A stretch of 64,000 bases of DNA from the NCBI GenBank assembly GCA_965203485.1, contig OZ241892.1, positions 2,528,001-2,592,000 on the forward strand, written 5' to 3'. Made by a program: the position numbers and the translations under genes. Position 1 is the first letter of the stretch, and each line of letters opens with the position of its first letter. The notes under the pieces are model-generated. The model searched no databases. It was given only the letters and a program-made list of their open reading frames with translations, and was not told the origin of the DNA. This document shows, piece after piece, positions 1 through 9,448 of this stretch. This DNA comes from Longimicrobiales bacterium (GTDB taxonomy: Bacteria > Gemmatimonadota > Gemmatimonadetes > Longimicrobiales > Gaopeijiaceae).

Positions 1-49
1 GTCTGGGCGCAGGTCCATTGCGGAGAGCCCGGCGCGCCAACACGATGAG

Positions 50-907
50 CTAGGCGGCCGACCCCTGCCAAGGCGCGTGCTCCAGCGACCGGCGCAATCC
101 AAGACGGGCAAGGCCTGTGGCCACTTCCCTCACGTCTGCCGGCTGCAGGCGGCCGTTCTCGCGCAAGCGCGCCCTTAAGTGCGACACGATCGCGGCTCGA
201 GCCTTGGGCTGAGAAATGACGGTCACTTGCTTGACGCCCAACATCGCCAGCGTCTCCCAAGTCTGCCGGTTCACGTGAAGAACGCTGTGGGCCTCGTTCG
301 CGGATATGTCCGCGCCAGCGACGCGCGCCACTTCTTCTGCCACATGGCCTCGCCACCAAGCGCGAGCAAGCGGGCAATCCGAGAAGACCGAAGTCTTGCC
401 CCGCACATGGGGAATGCCGCCCGTGTGCCGGAGGAAGTTTCGAGTCTTCGCCTCCAGGTCCGTGCCCCGCCGGCTGCCGAGCGCCGCCTCCAACCGATGA
501 CCGGCTTGACCGAAGCGTCCTTGTTCAATCCACTCGACGTGGCATAGCAACCAGTACACGGGCCGCGACGCGAACCGGGGCCCTATTAGTCCGCTCCAAG
601 TCGCCCACAGCTCGCGTTCCAGCTCTACCGGCGGGGTCTGGCACTCGTCGGGCGTCAGCTCGGGGCGCGGTAGTTCCGGCGCACCGATCGCCTTTCTGCC
701 GGTATGCAGGCTCTTCCTCAGGTAGGCCCCGAGTCCTTCGTGTCCCCCCTTGATCGCCGACTGCAACTCCTCTTGCCGTTCTCGAATCGGCTTCCAGACG
801 TGCCGGTTCCGTTCTCCCGGCTTGCCGTGGCGCTTTGGTTCGAAAACGATCCCCCGTTGCCAGTTGCTGAACTTCGGACTGGCGGCGTCGATCAGCGCGC
901 TATTCAC
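50..907 (-). CDS. Hypothetical protein, last gene of the GHKL operon (possibly DUF6339-like)
   Basis: GTG at 907 preceded by GGAG and overlapping the upstream stop (900-902). Motifs 'LWATWSGLIGPRFASRPVYWLLCH' and 'PLARAWW' resemble DUF6339 from memory; tentative. Confidence 0.65.
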   Translation of the reverse strand: MNSALIDAASPKFSNWQRGIVFEPKRHGKPGERNRHVWKPIRERQEELQSAIKGGHEGLGAYLRKSLHTGRKAIGAPELPRPELTPDECQTPPVELERELWATWSGLIGPRFASRPVYWLLCHVEWIEQGRFGQAGHRLEAALGSRRGTDLEAKTRNFLRHTGGIPHVRGKTSVFSDCPLARAWWRGHVAEEVARVAGADISANEAHSVLHVNRQTWETLAMLGVKQVTVISQPKARAAIVSHLRARLRENGRLQPADVREVATGLARLGLRRSLEHAPWQGSAA

Positions 908-1700
908 CGTCTTCTCCACCCAATGCCGCACGCCACCGGAAGGGCTCAAGCAACGTGGCCACCAAGGCAGGATCGTAGCTCTCCAGATCGTCCCACAAGC
1001 TGATGCCGGGCCGCATGCCTTCCAGGCGGTCGCGAAGCATTCGCGCCAGCGGAAGCTCGTCCTCTTCGTCGTCGCATTGGAACTCGCGTCGAAAGTGCGC
1101 ACAGGCTCCGACGAGCGCGGCGATCCTCACGGGTCGGTCGTCGCGATGCTCGTAGACGTCGGACGCCATGTTGACCACGAAGCGGAAGTGGCCGCTGCCG
1201 TGATCCGGCGCCACTGCCATCCGGCCCCTCTCCAAGTCGTCCGCGTGCCGAAACGTGAACAGCGACTCAAGCAACGCGTTGGCCCGCCACGTGTCTCCCT
1301 TGGCCAACCAGTAGCCGCACGGCACACGAAGCTCGCCGACGCCCTCATAAACGGAACTCAGGCCCGTTGCGTGCAACGAGAGGTCCTTGGTGGCCACGAG
1401 TCCCGGCACGACGAATATGTCGCCGTCCACGTCGTTGAAGTCCCACTTGACGACCTGGCTGGCGTTCGGGGACGTCTCGGTCTTCGCCATGAGGGTCTTC
1501 GGGCAACGGACGTCGACGCCCCAGGCCGCGTCCCCGCTGTCGATCAGCCGTTCCAAGGCCGGGGCCTTCGACAGGCGATGAATCACCGTTGCCTGTCCGG
1601 CGCCGACATTGACGTTGGTCTCGTACGCGGCCTCGGTCCAGTCCATCCGAGAGCCGTCTTCGAGGAGAAGGGGCAGGGAATCGGCGGTGTGGTCAGTCAT
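900..1700 (-). CDS. Hypothetical protein (266 aa) in the GHKL operon
   Basis: ATG at 1700 overlaps the stop of the GHKL gene (ATGACTGA). Globular, beta-rich, acidic protein-like sequence. Confidence 0.7.
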   Translation of the reverse strand: MTDHTADSLPLLLEDGSRMDWTEAAYETNVNVGAGQATVIHRLSKAPALERLIDSGDAAWGVDVRCPKTLMAKTETSPNASQVVKWDFNDVDGDIFVVPGLVATKDLSLHATGLSSVYEGVGELRVPCGYWLAKGDTWRANALLESLFTFRHADDLERGRMAVAPDHGSGHFRFVVNMASDVYEHRDDRPVRIAALVGACAHFRREFQCDDEEDELPLARMLRDRLEGMRPGISLWDDLESYDPALVATLLEPFRWRAALGGEDGE

Positions 1701-3633
1701 TGGAGGCTCCGGCGGATTCGGCGGGACAACCGGTCGGCGGATCGGCCGTCCGCCGCCGGACAAGGTCTATTTCCACGGCGTTGGCATCCCGGACGGGATC
1801 GGCGAGGATCACGGCAAAGTCGCGACAGTCCGCAGGCAAATTCGTCTCGAAGCCGTCGTCTCGCGGCCGAGCCACGCCGTCGTCGAACCGAACCTCGGCG
1901 ATGCGAAGCCAAGTCGGCGACAGCGGCGCCTCGCAGGTCTCGTCGGAGCCGGAGGGAACTCGCACCCTGACCCCCAAGTTGTCCTTTGCGGACAAGACTG
2001 CCGTCGGTTGCCAGGCAACGCGTATCTCGTGGATGCTCCCTTCTGCGCCGGGCGCGACCCGCCATGACAGCCGACCCGGCGCGCCTCGCCCCGGCTTGGG
2101 CGCGGCGCCGGCCTTCTGCTTCCGCTTCTTGCCCTTTCTGTCCGGCGGATCGTTCGATTCGTCGTTGTCCGCCTTGCCCATCGCCGTGATGCGCTTCCGG
2201 CCCGTGCCCGCTCGCGGCCGGTACTTCCCCACCCTTTCGGCCCCACGGTTGCCGCCTCCCCACATGGCGAAGTCGCCGGGAGTGTATTCCATGGACTCAT
2301 CTTCCTTGCCGGCCTTCGATCTCAGTTCGTCAGCGATCTGCCGAAGGGCGGCGAGCAGCTTCTTGTTGTCTTCAGAACCGAGCCGGCCCCTGTTCAGGCC
2401 TCGATGCTCCGGCCCTTCGGCATCGCGCACCAGACGCGCCAGTTCGCCCGACTCGACCACAACCACTGCGGCGATGGGCTTGTTCCCCCCAAAATGCCGG
2501 GGTTCCAGTTCGTCGGCATTGTTGGCGATCCACATGCCGCTACGAAACACTTGCACCTGCGACTTCGGCTTGTCGTGTTGCGAGTCCAGGGACAAGACAT
2601 GCGCTTCGGCGCCCGAGGCCAACGCAAACCGTTCTCCCTTCTCGAGCGTTTCCCACGCTTGGTACGCTTGTGCACCCGGGAACCAGCCTCCCTTTTGCTC
2701 GCCCCTCTTCTTAAGCCGGTCGTGTTCGAGAATCGCACCCAACGTGTCTCGGTCGACGACCGTCTCGCTTTCTTCGCCACGACGAATCGTCACCGTCATT
2801 CTTCTCTGCCAGATGGCCACCAAGAAGTTCTTCGCCGCAACGCGGGCGATGGCCGAAACGGGATCGGCGTCGTCGATCCGGAAGTTGTTGAAGCCGGTGA
2901 TGCACACTACGGTGCCCGTGTCGTCGAGGCGGTCGAGTTCGCGAGCGAGCAAGGGCGGCGCGCAGTCGGGATACTTCGCGTCGAAGAGAGACGGGACGCT
3001 GTTCGGGTCCCTGCGGCGAAGCCAGTATCCGTGGCCGCCACGCTTGTCCTTCCTGTACGACGCCAGGATGGCGTGACCGCTAGCCACGTCCCGCAAGCTT
3101 CCGCCAGAATCCCTTGATCGCCCGGCGTACAGCACATAGCGAAGATCCGACGCGGCGAAGGCCGTCAGATGACCCACTCCAAAGGCTCCCGCGCCGACTT
3201 CGTCCTTAGCGGTGTTGCCTTCGGTCAGAACCCTTTCAATGCTTTCGTGGTCAAGTCCTACGCCGTTGTCCCGGCAGAACAAGAGGCGAACGGTCGCCCC
3301 CCCCCCCCCCCCGTTTTTCAAAACTCGCCTAATCCTGTCAATCACCCGCTTCTCCGAAACGCTCTGCTTCCCCTGTTCCCGCTCGGCGACTGCTTGGTCG
3401 AAGTGATCGCGATACGAGTCGATGCCCGGCACCTCGTCCAACGGCACTTCCTTGACGGAGAAGACCACCTCGGCGGTCCGGCGGTCGGCTTCGCCCGCGG
3501 CGTCCAAGGAGTTCTGCAGGAGTTCGCGAACGACGGGCTCCGGGTTGGCGGCCCACTGTGTCGTGGCAAGAGTCGAGAAGCCCTGAACGGGGCCTTCGAA
3601 GTACAGATCGTCCCCGTGAGAGCGAGCAACCAT
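1693..3633 (-). CDS. GHKL (HSP90/MORC-like) ATPase domain protein
   Basis: N-box 'VVRELLQNSLDAA', G1 'DNGVG', G2 'GAGAFGVG', 'GTVV'. ATG at 3633 lies 14 nt after the upstream stop. Confidence 0.8.
   Translation of the reverse strand: MVARSHGDDLYFEGPVQGFSTLATTQWAANPEPVVRELLQNSLDAAGEADRRTAEVVFSVKEVPLDEVPGIDSYRDHFDQAVAEREQGKQSVSEKRVIDRIRRVLKNGGGGGATVRLLFCRDNGVGLDHESIERVLTEGNTAKDEVGAGAFGVGHLTAFAASDLRYVLYAGRSRDSGGSLRDVASGHAILASYRKDKRGGHGYWLRRRDPNSVPSLFDAKYPDCAPPLLARELDRLDDTGTVVCITGFNNFRIDDADPVSAIARVAAKNFLVAIWQRRMTVTIRRGEESETVVDRDTLGAILEHDRLKKRGEQKGGWFPGAQAYQAWETLEKGERFALASGAEAHVLSLDSQHDKPKSQVQVFRSGMWIANNADELEPRHFGGNKPIAAVVVVESGELARLVRDAEGPEHRGLNRGRLGSEDNKKLLAALRQIADELRSKAGKEDESMEYTPGDFAMWGGGNRGAERVGKYRPRAGTGRKRITAMGKADNDESNDPPDRKGKKRKQKAGAAPKPGRGAPGRLSWRVAPGAEGSIHEIRVAWQPTAVLSAKDNLGVRVRVPSGSDETCEAPLSPTWLRIAEVRFDDGVARPRDDGFETNLPADCRDFAVILADPVRDANAVEIDLVRRRTADPPTGCPAESAGASND
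3297..3312 (-). repeat. G16 homopolymer on the coding strand of the GHKL gene
   Basis: 16 consecutive C on the + strand. Reads in frame as NGGGGGAT. Confidence 0.9.
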
Positions 3634-3646
3634 TTGGCGTCGGTCC

Positions 3647-4954
3647 CTAGTCGGTGCAGTCGCAGGCAGGTGCGCCCGTGGCGTAGCGGCCCAGGTCGGG
3701 CGCGTTCCCCCGGGCAATCTCGGCAAAGGTCGGGCCCCTCACGCCGAAGAAGCCGAATCGCGTGGTCCCCTCGCCGCTGCGCGCGGCCACCTTGCGCTGG
3801 TAGCGCTCCTCCATCTCGATCCACCATCCAATGTCGGAAGGCGCACCGGTTTGCCGCCCGGGGTCGGCCGCGTGGGCGGCCTTCGCAAGAAACCGCGTGC
3901 CCTTCATGAAGCAGAAGACGCAGTTGCCCGCGTGGTCCGGTCCGCCCAAGTCGAAGTTGCGGTCCTTCCAGAAGCCGCGAACCGCAGTGGCGTCGAACCC
4001 CCAGTCCGCCAGCGGAAAGCAGGGATGTTCGCCGGGGGGTTGCGTGTGAACCGAGCAGGACTTGCTGGCGCCCTCCGCGAAGAACGACCGGGAGTTGATC
4101 TTGGCGATGCGCCTGTCCTCGTCGGCGCGCAGGCCCAGCGCCGTCACGTGTTCGGCCGCGCCGGCTCCCCACATCGGCGCTGGGCCGGACGGCGCTTCGC
4201 GGTTCGGGACCGGGGCATCCGTGTAGTCGTGCCAGCGTTGGGCGGGCCGGGCAACGGGACCTCGAGTCATGCACTGCACGCGGTCTCGGTAAGCGTCGTC
4301 CGACGCCGATCCTCGGTTTCGGCGGTACTGGACCAATGCCGAGTCCGGCGTGACGTAGCGACGGTCGCCGTAGTGGCCGGCGTGCTCGGGACCGTCGGTG
4401 GCGCCCAGCCACTCGGAGAGCAGCTGGTGCGACGGATAGAGCTTCAGCTTCGCCGTGCACGACCGGCTGTGAGGGTTGGACAACATGCCCTGGTACGAGA
4501 GCATCTCCTCGAAGACCTCCCCGCTGGACCGAAATCCACGCGGGTCGTCCTCCACGGGCTCGGACCGCACCAGCCGGTACGAAGGACGGCGGACGTAGAC
4601 TCCCCGCGAGGCGTCCTCCACAGTGCAGAACTCGAACCAGAAGAACGGAATGCCGAAGTCGTGCTCGAGGCGGCGCTTGCATTCGCGGGCGAAGTCGTAG
4701 GTGGCCGGATGCTCCGCCGAGGTGTTCGCGAACAGAACGACGTCTCCGCGCTCGGGATCGAGAAGGCCATCCTCCGCCAGCAGGAACGCCAGCGCGGCCG
4801 AAGAGCGTCCGCCCGAAAACTTGACGACGTGCGGAAGCGGCTCGTGCTCGGGGGCGCGCGAGCGGATTGCCCTGGCGCGGGGGACTCGGGCGGGACGGAT
4901 CAAGCGACGGCGACGTGACGTGATGATGGGACCGTGACGAGCGGACAATCTCAA
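3647..4954 (-). CDS. PAPS-reductase-like PP-loop (adenine nucleotide alpha-hydrolase) protein, probably Fe-S binding
   Basis: PP-loop 'VVKFSGGRSS', 'FANTSAEHPATY', 'RSCTAKLKLYP', 'GLRADE', 'GNCVFCFMK', C-terminal 'CDCTD'. Start codon uncertain. Confidence 0.75.
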   Translation of the reverse strand: MRLSARHGPIITSRRRRLIRPARVPRARAIRSRAPEHEPLPHVVKFSGGRSSAALAFLLAEDGLLDPERGDVVLFANTSAEHPATYDFARECKRRLEHDFGIPFFWFEFCTVEDASRGVYVRRPSYRLVRSEPVEDDPRGFRSSGEVFEEMLSYQGMLSNPHSRSCTAKLKLYPSHQLLSEWLGATDGPEHAGHYGDRRYVTPDSALVQYRRNRGSASDDAYRDRVQCMTRGPVARPAQRWHDYTDAPVPNREAPSGPAPMWGAGAAEHVTALGLRADEDRRIAKINSRSFFAEGASKSCSVHTQPPGEHPCFPLADWGFDATAVRGFWKDRNFDLGGPDHAGNCVFCFMKGTRFLAKAAHAADPGRQTGAPSDIGWWIEMEERYQRKVAARSGEGTTRFGFFGVRGPTFAEIARGNAPDLGRYATGAPACDCTD

Positions 4955-4973
4955 ACGTAGGGCAGGACGCCGA

Positions 4974-6752
4974 CTACGCGCCAGGGCCCGAGACGCCCAC
5001 GGCGTAGTCGAACACGCTGGACGCGCCGATCGCTTCGCGGAACCACACGGTGGCCGTGTTCCCGAGGGCGTCGGTCAGCTTGAGCGGCTCGTTCAGCTGG
5101 AAGACGACGGGCTGCGCGGCCCCGTCGTTGACGGCGACGTTGTCGGCGTGGACGTAGAGGCGGTCGAGCGTGTCGCGAATGGGATTCAGCCTGCCACGAA
5201 TGCCCGGCGCATGTCCCGTGCGGCTCGGGATGATCTTGGAGCCGCCTTCCGCGACGGGACGCATTCGCACTTCCAGGGCGCCACCAGCGTCGTCTCCAGG
5301 CTCGTAGTCCGGCACGACCTCGGCGGCGAAACCCGGCGCGGCGCAAAAAACGGTCATGGGCAAGTTGGCGTAGAGTTCCAAGTCGGCGTGGCCGAAGGCG
5401 TCGGTGCGCGCCTCGAGATAAGTCTTGTTGGGGTAGACCAGGAGGACATCGACGTCGCGGACGGGCTTGCCGGTGTCGGCGTGGACTACCGCCACCCGCG
5501 CCGCGACGCCTTCCGGCACGGGTCGGCGGGCCGCGGGAAGGACCAGCTTCAGCTCGCGCTCGCCGACGAGTTCGAAGACGGGCTTGCGGCCGGCCAGCGC
5601 GAACGTCTCGTCCTCGATCACGGCGATTCCCTCGCCTCTGCGCTCGATGAAGTATTGCCGCCCGCCCGCGCCCGCGACCTCGCCCACGGGACATTGGCCG
5701 AGCCGCGACGCCAAGAGTTCGTTGCGCGTGAACTGGCTGATGCGCATGTCCTCCACCGTCATGGAATTGCCAAGGCCGCCGGGAGAGTGAAGCTCCAGCC
5801 GGTCGTCGAACATGAGCAGGCGTATCTTGGAGCCGGACACGGCGTAGTCGCGGTGGACCACGGCGTTGACCAACGCCTCGAAAACGGCGCGCTCGCTGTA
5901 CTGGGGCACGTCACGGCGCGCAGGCTCCTTGCGGGCGGCCACGCGACGGTTGCGCGCAACGAAGCGCACGGCGCCGCGAATCTGCTGGTCCAGTGGGCCC
6001 GTGATGTCCATGGCGTCGAGCTGCTGGTTGCCGTCCATGCGGTCGCCGCGGTAGCAGACCGCCTGAATGAACGCGTTCGCAAGCCACTCCCGGGGGTCCC
6101 GGCCGCCCAACAGCACGCCTCCCACGGTTGCGCGAAGCACGCCATTGGCATCCTCCTTGGCGAACTTCAGCTTGCTCAGCGCCGTCTCGGGCGGGTCGCC
6201 CGCGCGCGAACTGGCGTAGCCGCGCCACAGCTCCGGATCCAGACTGCCCACGGCCGTGCCCGCAACGACCTGGGTGTCGGTGGACTCCGCGTCCGACTGG
6301 CCGCGCAACTGGGACAGCCGCCGGATTTCCACCGGACCCATGAGACGCTTGCTGCTCCCCCGCCGGCGATAGCATCCCCCCGGCGACTGGTGCACGGCCT
6401 TGCCCGACGCGACGTCCACGACCAGCACCCCGCGGCCGGGCTCGTCCGGAACTGCAACTCGATGCACGCCGACGTCGAGAGGCGGCTTGACGCTGTCGTT
6501 GCAGAGCTCGGTCACGAAGCGGTCCACGGCATCCAGCTCGTCCGGAGACAGCGGCTTCGCCTCCCGCCGGTCGGTGACTCCGAACACCAAGCGGCCGCCC
6601 GAGGAGTTGGCGAACGCCGCCAGCTCGTCGGCAATGAGGTCTCGCACCGACGACGGAACGCGGCCACCCTTCACCGGAACTTCCTTGAACTCGAGCTCGG
6701 AATCCTCTCCAAGCCGGACTTGCCGCCAGAACCGGTCCTCGTCGATGGGCAT
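4974..6752 (-). CDS. AlbA_2 (Schlafen-like) domain + HATPase_c_4 (RecG C-terminal-like) protein with an extra C-terminal beta-sandwich
   Basis: 'GEDSELEFKE', 'AFANSSGGRLVFGVTD', 'FEALVNAVVHRDY', 'LHSPGGL', 'RGEGI'. SD GGAGG before the ATG. Confidence 0.85.
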   Translation of the reverse strand: MPIDEDRFWRQVRLGEDSELEFKEVPVKGGRVPSSVRDLIADELAAFANSSGGRLVFGVTDRREAKPLSPDELDAVDRFVTELCNDSVKPPLDVGVHRVAVPDEPGRGVLVVDVASGKAVHQSPGGCYRRRGSSKRLMGPVEIRRLSQLRGQSDAESTDTQVVAGTAVGSLDPELWRGYASSRAGDPPETALSKLKFAKEDANGVLRATVGGVLLGGRDPREWLANAFIQAVCYRGDRMDGNQQLDAMDITGPLDQQIRGAVRFVARNRRVAARKEPARRDVPQYSERAVFEALVNAVVHRDYAVSGSKIRLLMFDDRLELHSPGGLGNSMTVEDMRISQFTRNELLASRLGQCPVGEVAGAGGRQYFIERRGEGIAVIEDETFALAGRKPVFELVGERELKLVLPAARRPVPEGVAARVAVVHADTGKPVRDVDVLLVYPNKTYLEARTDAFGHADLELYANLPMTVFCAAPGFAAEVVPDYEPGDDAGGALEVRMRPVAEGGSKIIPSRTGHAPGIRGRLNPIRDTLDRLYVHADNVAVNDGAAQPVVFQLNEPLKLTDALGNTATVWFREAIGASSVFDYAVGVSGPGA

Positions 6753-7297
6753 GTCGTTGATCCTCCGCTTTCAGGCACGGCCGAACGAGCAACAACGTAG
6801 CGATAAACCAGGGCTACGGCTCCAGCAATCCTCCGAGAGATCGTACTTCTGCACGTATTTCATGTCCATGTCGTTCTTCCACACGCCCATGACGCCTTCC
6901 CGGCCGAAGCTGAATCATTCATACATTCATGTCGGTCGTGGATCCGTTCTGTTCAATCAACTCCCGAATGCGAATCGACTTGTTCCGGTCTATTCGTTGC
7001 ATCTCCTTCAAGATCAAATGCCCGAGTGCGACCAACCCGCCGGCGGGACTTCCTCTTGCCGCGACCCTCGCCGGCAACTCCCGCCCCGGCGCATGCGACG
7101 TTCCGTCCTCGCGGGCTCGCCCCGCCGCGACCTTCGTCCGGGCCGCTCGGAACGGCGCCGTGCCGGCGTTGCGAGCCCGGCGCCCTTGCTCGCCGCCTCC
7201 GCGCGCCCGTAGAATCCCCGGCCCTGTCCTTGGGACCTGTGGAACCGCCACGGCTCGGCAGGTCCTCGGGACGCTCGCTCACTCTCAAGGAGATTTC

Positions 7298-9394
7298 ATG
7301 GCCGCGGCCAAGTCGTTCAAGACGGAGCAGATTCGCAACGTGGTGGTGCTGGGGCACGGCGGGTCGGGCAAGACGACGCTGATCGACGCCGCGTGCTTCG
7401 CCGCAGGCTCGTCCGCCAGGCGAGGGCGGGTCGAGGACGGCGCCGCGCTGACGATGACCACGCCGGAGGAGGCGGCGCACGGGATGTCCATGCAGTTGAC
7501 GGTGGCGCATGCGGTCTGGGAGGGAACCAAGGTCAACTTTCTGGACACGCCGGGCTACATGGACTTCGCGGGAGACGCGGCGGCGGCGGTTCGGGTCGCG
7601 GACGCGGCCCTCGTGCTGGTGGGAGGCGTGGCGGGCGTGGAGGTGGGGACCGAGATGGTCTGGGAACTCTGCGAGGCGGGCGGCCTGCCGAGGATCGTCT
7701 TCGTGTCGGCGATGGACAAGAAGCGCGCCGACTTCGGCAAGGCGCTGCGCGAACTCAAGGAGATTCTCGGGGCGGAACCGCTGCCGCTGCAGTTGCCGGT
7801 CGGGGCCGGCGACGAGTTCAGGGGGGTGGCCGACTTGTTGTCGGGCAGGGCTTGGCTGGCCAAGGCGGGGGCGGGAGCGGCGGACGGCGTTCTGGAGGAG
7901 GCGGACGTGCCCCCCGAGATGGCCGAGGAGGCCGGGAACTGGACCACCGAACTGATGGAGACGCTGGCGACGACCGACGAGGACTTCATGGAGCGCTACC
8001 TGGAGGGCGAGGAAATAGCTCCGGGAGACGTCCTGGGCGTGCTTGCCGCCGCGACGGCGCGGCGCGAGGTCGTGCCCGTGCTCTGCGGATCGGGAGAACG
8101 GGCGGCCGGAGTCCGCGAACTGCTGGCCAAGCTCGTCCGGATCGCGCCCCACCCCGGGCAGAGCGAGGCGGTCGAGGCTACGACGGAAGACGGCCAAGAC
8201 GTCCGGCTCCGCCCGGCCGACGACGAAACCGCCAGCGCCCTCGTCTTCAAGACCAGCGCGGAGCCGCACGTGGGCGAGCTGTCGGTCTTTCGCGTCTTCT
8301 CGGGCATGGTCGCCAACGGCACGGACCTGCGCAACGCCGGACGCAAGGCCGTCGAGCGGCTCAACCACCTGGCGATTCCCTTGGCCAAGGAGCGGCTGGA
8401 GGTCGACAAGCTGCACGCGGGCGACATCGGCGTGGTCGCGAAGCTCAAGTCGACCCACACCAACGACACGCTCTCGTCGCCCGCCAATCCGGTCACCCTG
8501 CCTGGAGTGGCGTTCCCCAAGCCCGACATCTCGGTGGCCGTGCGGGGCGCGGCAAGGGCCGACGAGGACAAGCTGGGCGAAGCGCTCAACCGGCTCCGCG
8601 AAGAAGACCCGACGTTCGTGGCCGAGTTCAACCCCGAGCTGCGCCAGACGATCGCGCGCGGGCTGGGCGAGCTGCACCTGGAAGTGCAGTTCGAGCGCAT
8701 GAAGCGCAAGTACGGCGTGTCGGTCGAGACCGAGCGGCCCAAGATCGCGTACCGGGAGACGATCACGGCCCCGGCCGAGGGACAAGGGCGCTTCAAGAAG
8801 CAGTCCGGCGGGCGCGGACAGTTCGGCGACTGCTGGGTGCGGCTTCGCCCGCGCGCCCGCGGCGAGGGCTACGAGTTCGTGAACTCGATCAAGGGCGGCG
8901 TGATTCCGACCAAGTACGTGCCGTCGGTGGACAAGGGCATCCGGGAAGCGGCGACGAAGGGCGTCGTGGCCGGCTATCCGCTGGTGGACTTCGAGGCCGA
9001 GTGCTACGACGGGTCCTACCATTCCGTGGACTCGTCCGACATCGCGTTCAAGGTGGCGGGCTCGACGGCGTTCAAGAACGTGGCCGAGAAGGCGCGCCCC
9101 GTGCTGCTCGAGCCGATCGTCGAGCTCGCCGTGACGGCGCCGGACGAATACGTGGGCGACATCATGGGCGACCTGAACGGGCGGTCGGCCCGCGTGCTGG
9201 GCATGGAGCCGGCCAGCGGACGCACCACGGTCAAGGCGGAGGTCGCGCAGGCGGAACTCTACAAGTACGCCTCCGCGCTGCGCTCGATCACGCAGGGCCG
9301 TGGGCACCACCGGCGCAAGTTCCTGGGCTACGACGTGGTCCCGGCGGCGCGCGCGGCGAAGATCAGGGCCGAGGCGCAGGCCGAGGACGGTTGA
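7298..9394 (+). CDS. fusA: Elongation factor G paralog (EF-G2-like)
   Basis: G1 GHGGSGKTT, G3 DTPG, 'GLGELHLE', 'KKQSGGRGQFGD', 'DGSYHSVDSS'. SD AAGGAG. Stand-alone, not in an str operon. Confidence 0.9.
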   Translation: MAAAKSFKTEQIRNVVVLGHGGSGKTTLIDAACFAAGSSARRGRVEDGAALTMTTPEEAAHGMSMQLTVAHAVWEGTKVNFLDTPGYMDFAGDAAAAVRVADAALVLVGGVAGVEVGTEMVWELCEAGGLPRIVFVSAMDKKRADFGKALRELKEILGAEPLPLQLPVGAGDEFRGVADLLSGRAWLAKAGAGAADGVLEEADVPPEMAEEAGNWTTELMETLATTDEDFMERYLEGEEIAPGDVLGVLAAATARREVVPVLCGSGERAAGVRELLAKLVRIAPHPGQSEAVEATTEDGQDVRLRPADDETASALVFKTSAEPHVGELSVFRVFSGMVANGTDLRNAGRKAVERLNHLAIPLAKERLEVDKLHAGDIGVVAKLKSTHTNDTLSSPANPVTLPGVAFPKPDISVAVRGAARADEDKLGEALNRLREEDPTFVAEFNPELRQTIARGLGELHLEVQFERMKRKYGVSVETERPKIAYRETITAPAEGQGRFKKQSGGRGQFGDCWVRLRPRARGEGYEFVNSIKGGVIPTKYVPSVDKGIREAATKGVVAGYPLVDFEAECYDGSYHSVDSSDIAFKVAGSTAFKNVAEKARPVLLEPIVELAVTAPDEYVGDIMGDLNGRSARVLGMEPASGRTTVKAEVAQAELYKYASALRSITQGRGHHRRKFLGYDVVPAARAAKIRAEAQAEDG

Positions 9395-9448
9395 AGGACG
9401 GGCCGTCCGCCAGGGATCGCCGCAAGGGCTCAGTCCGCCGGCGCCCCG

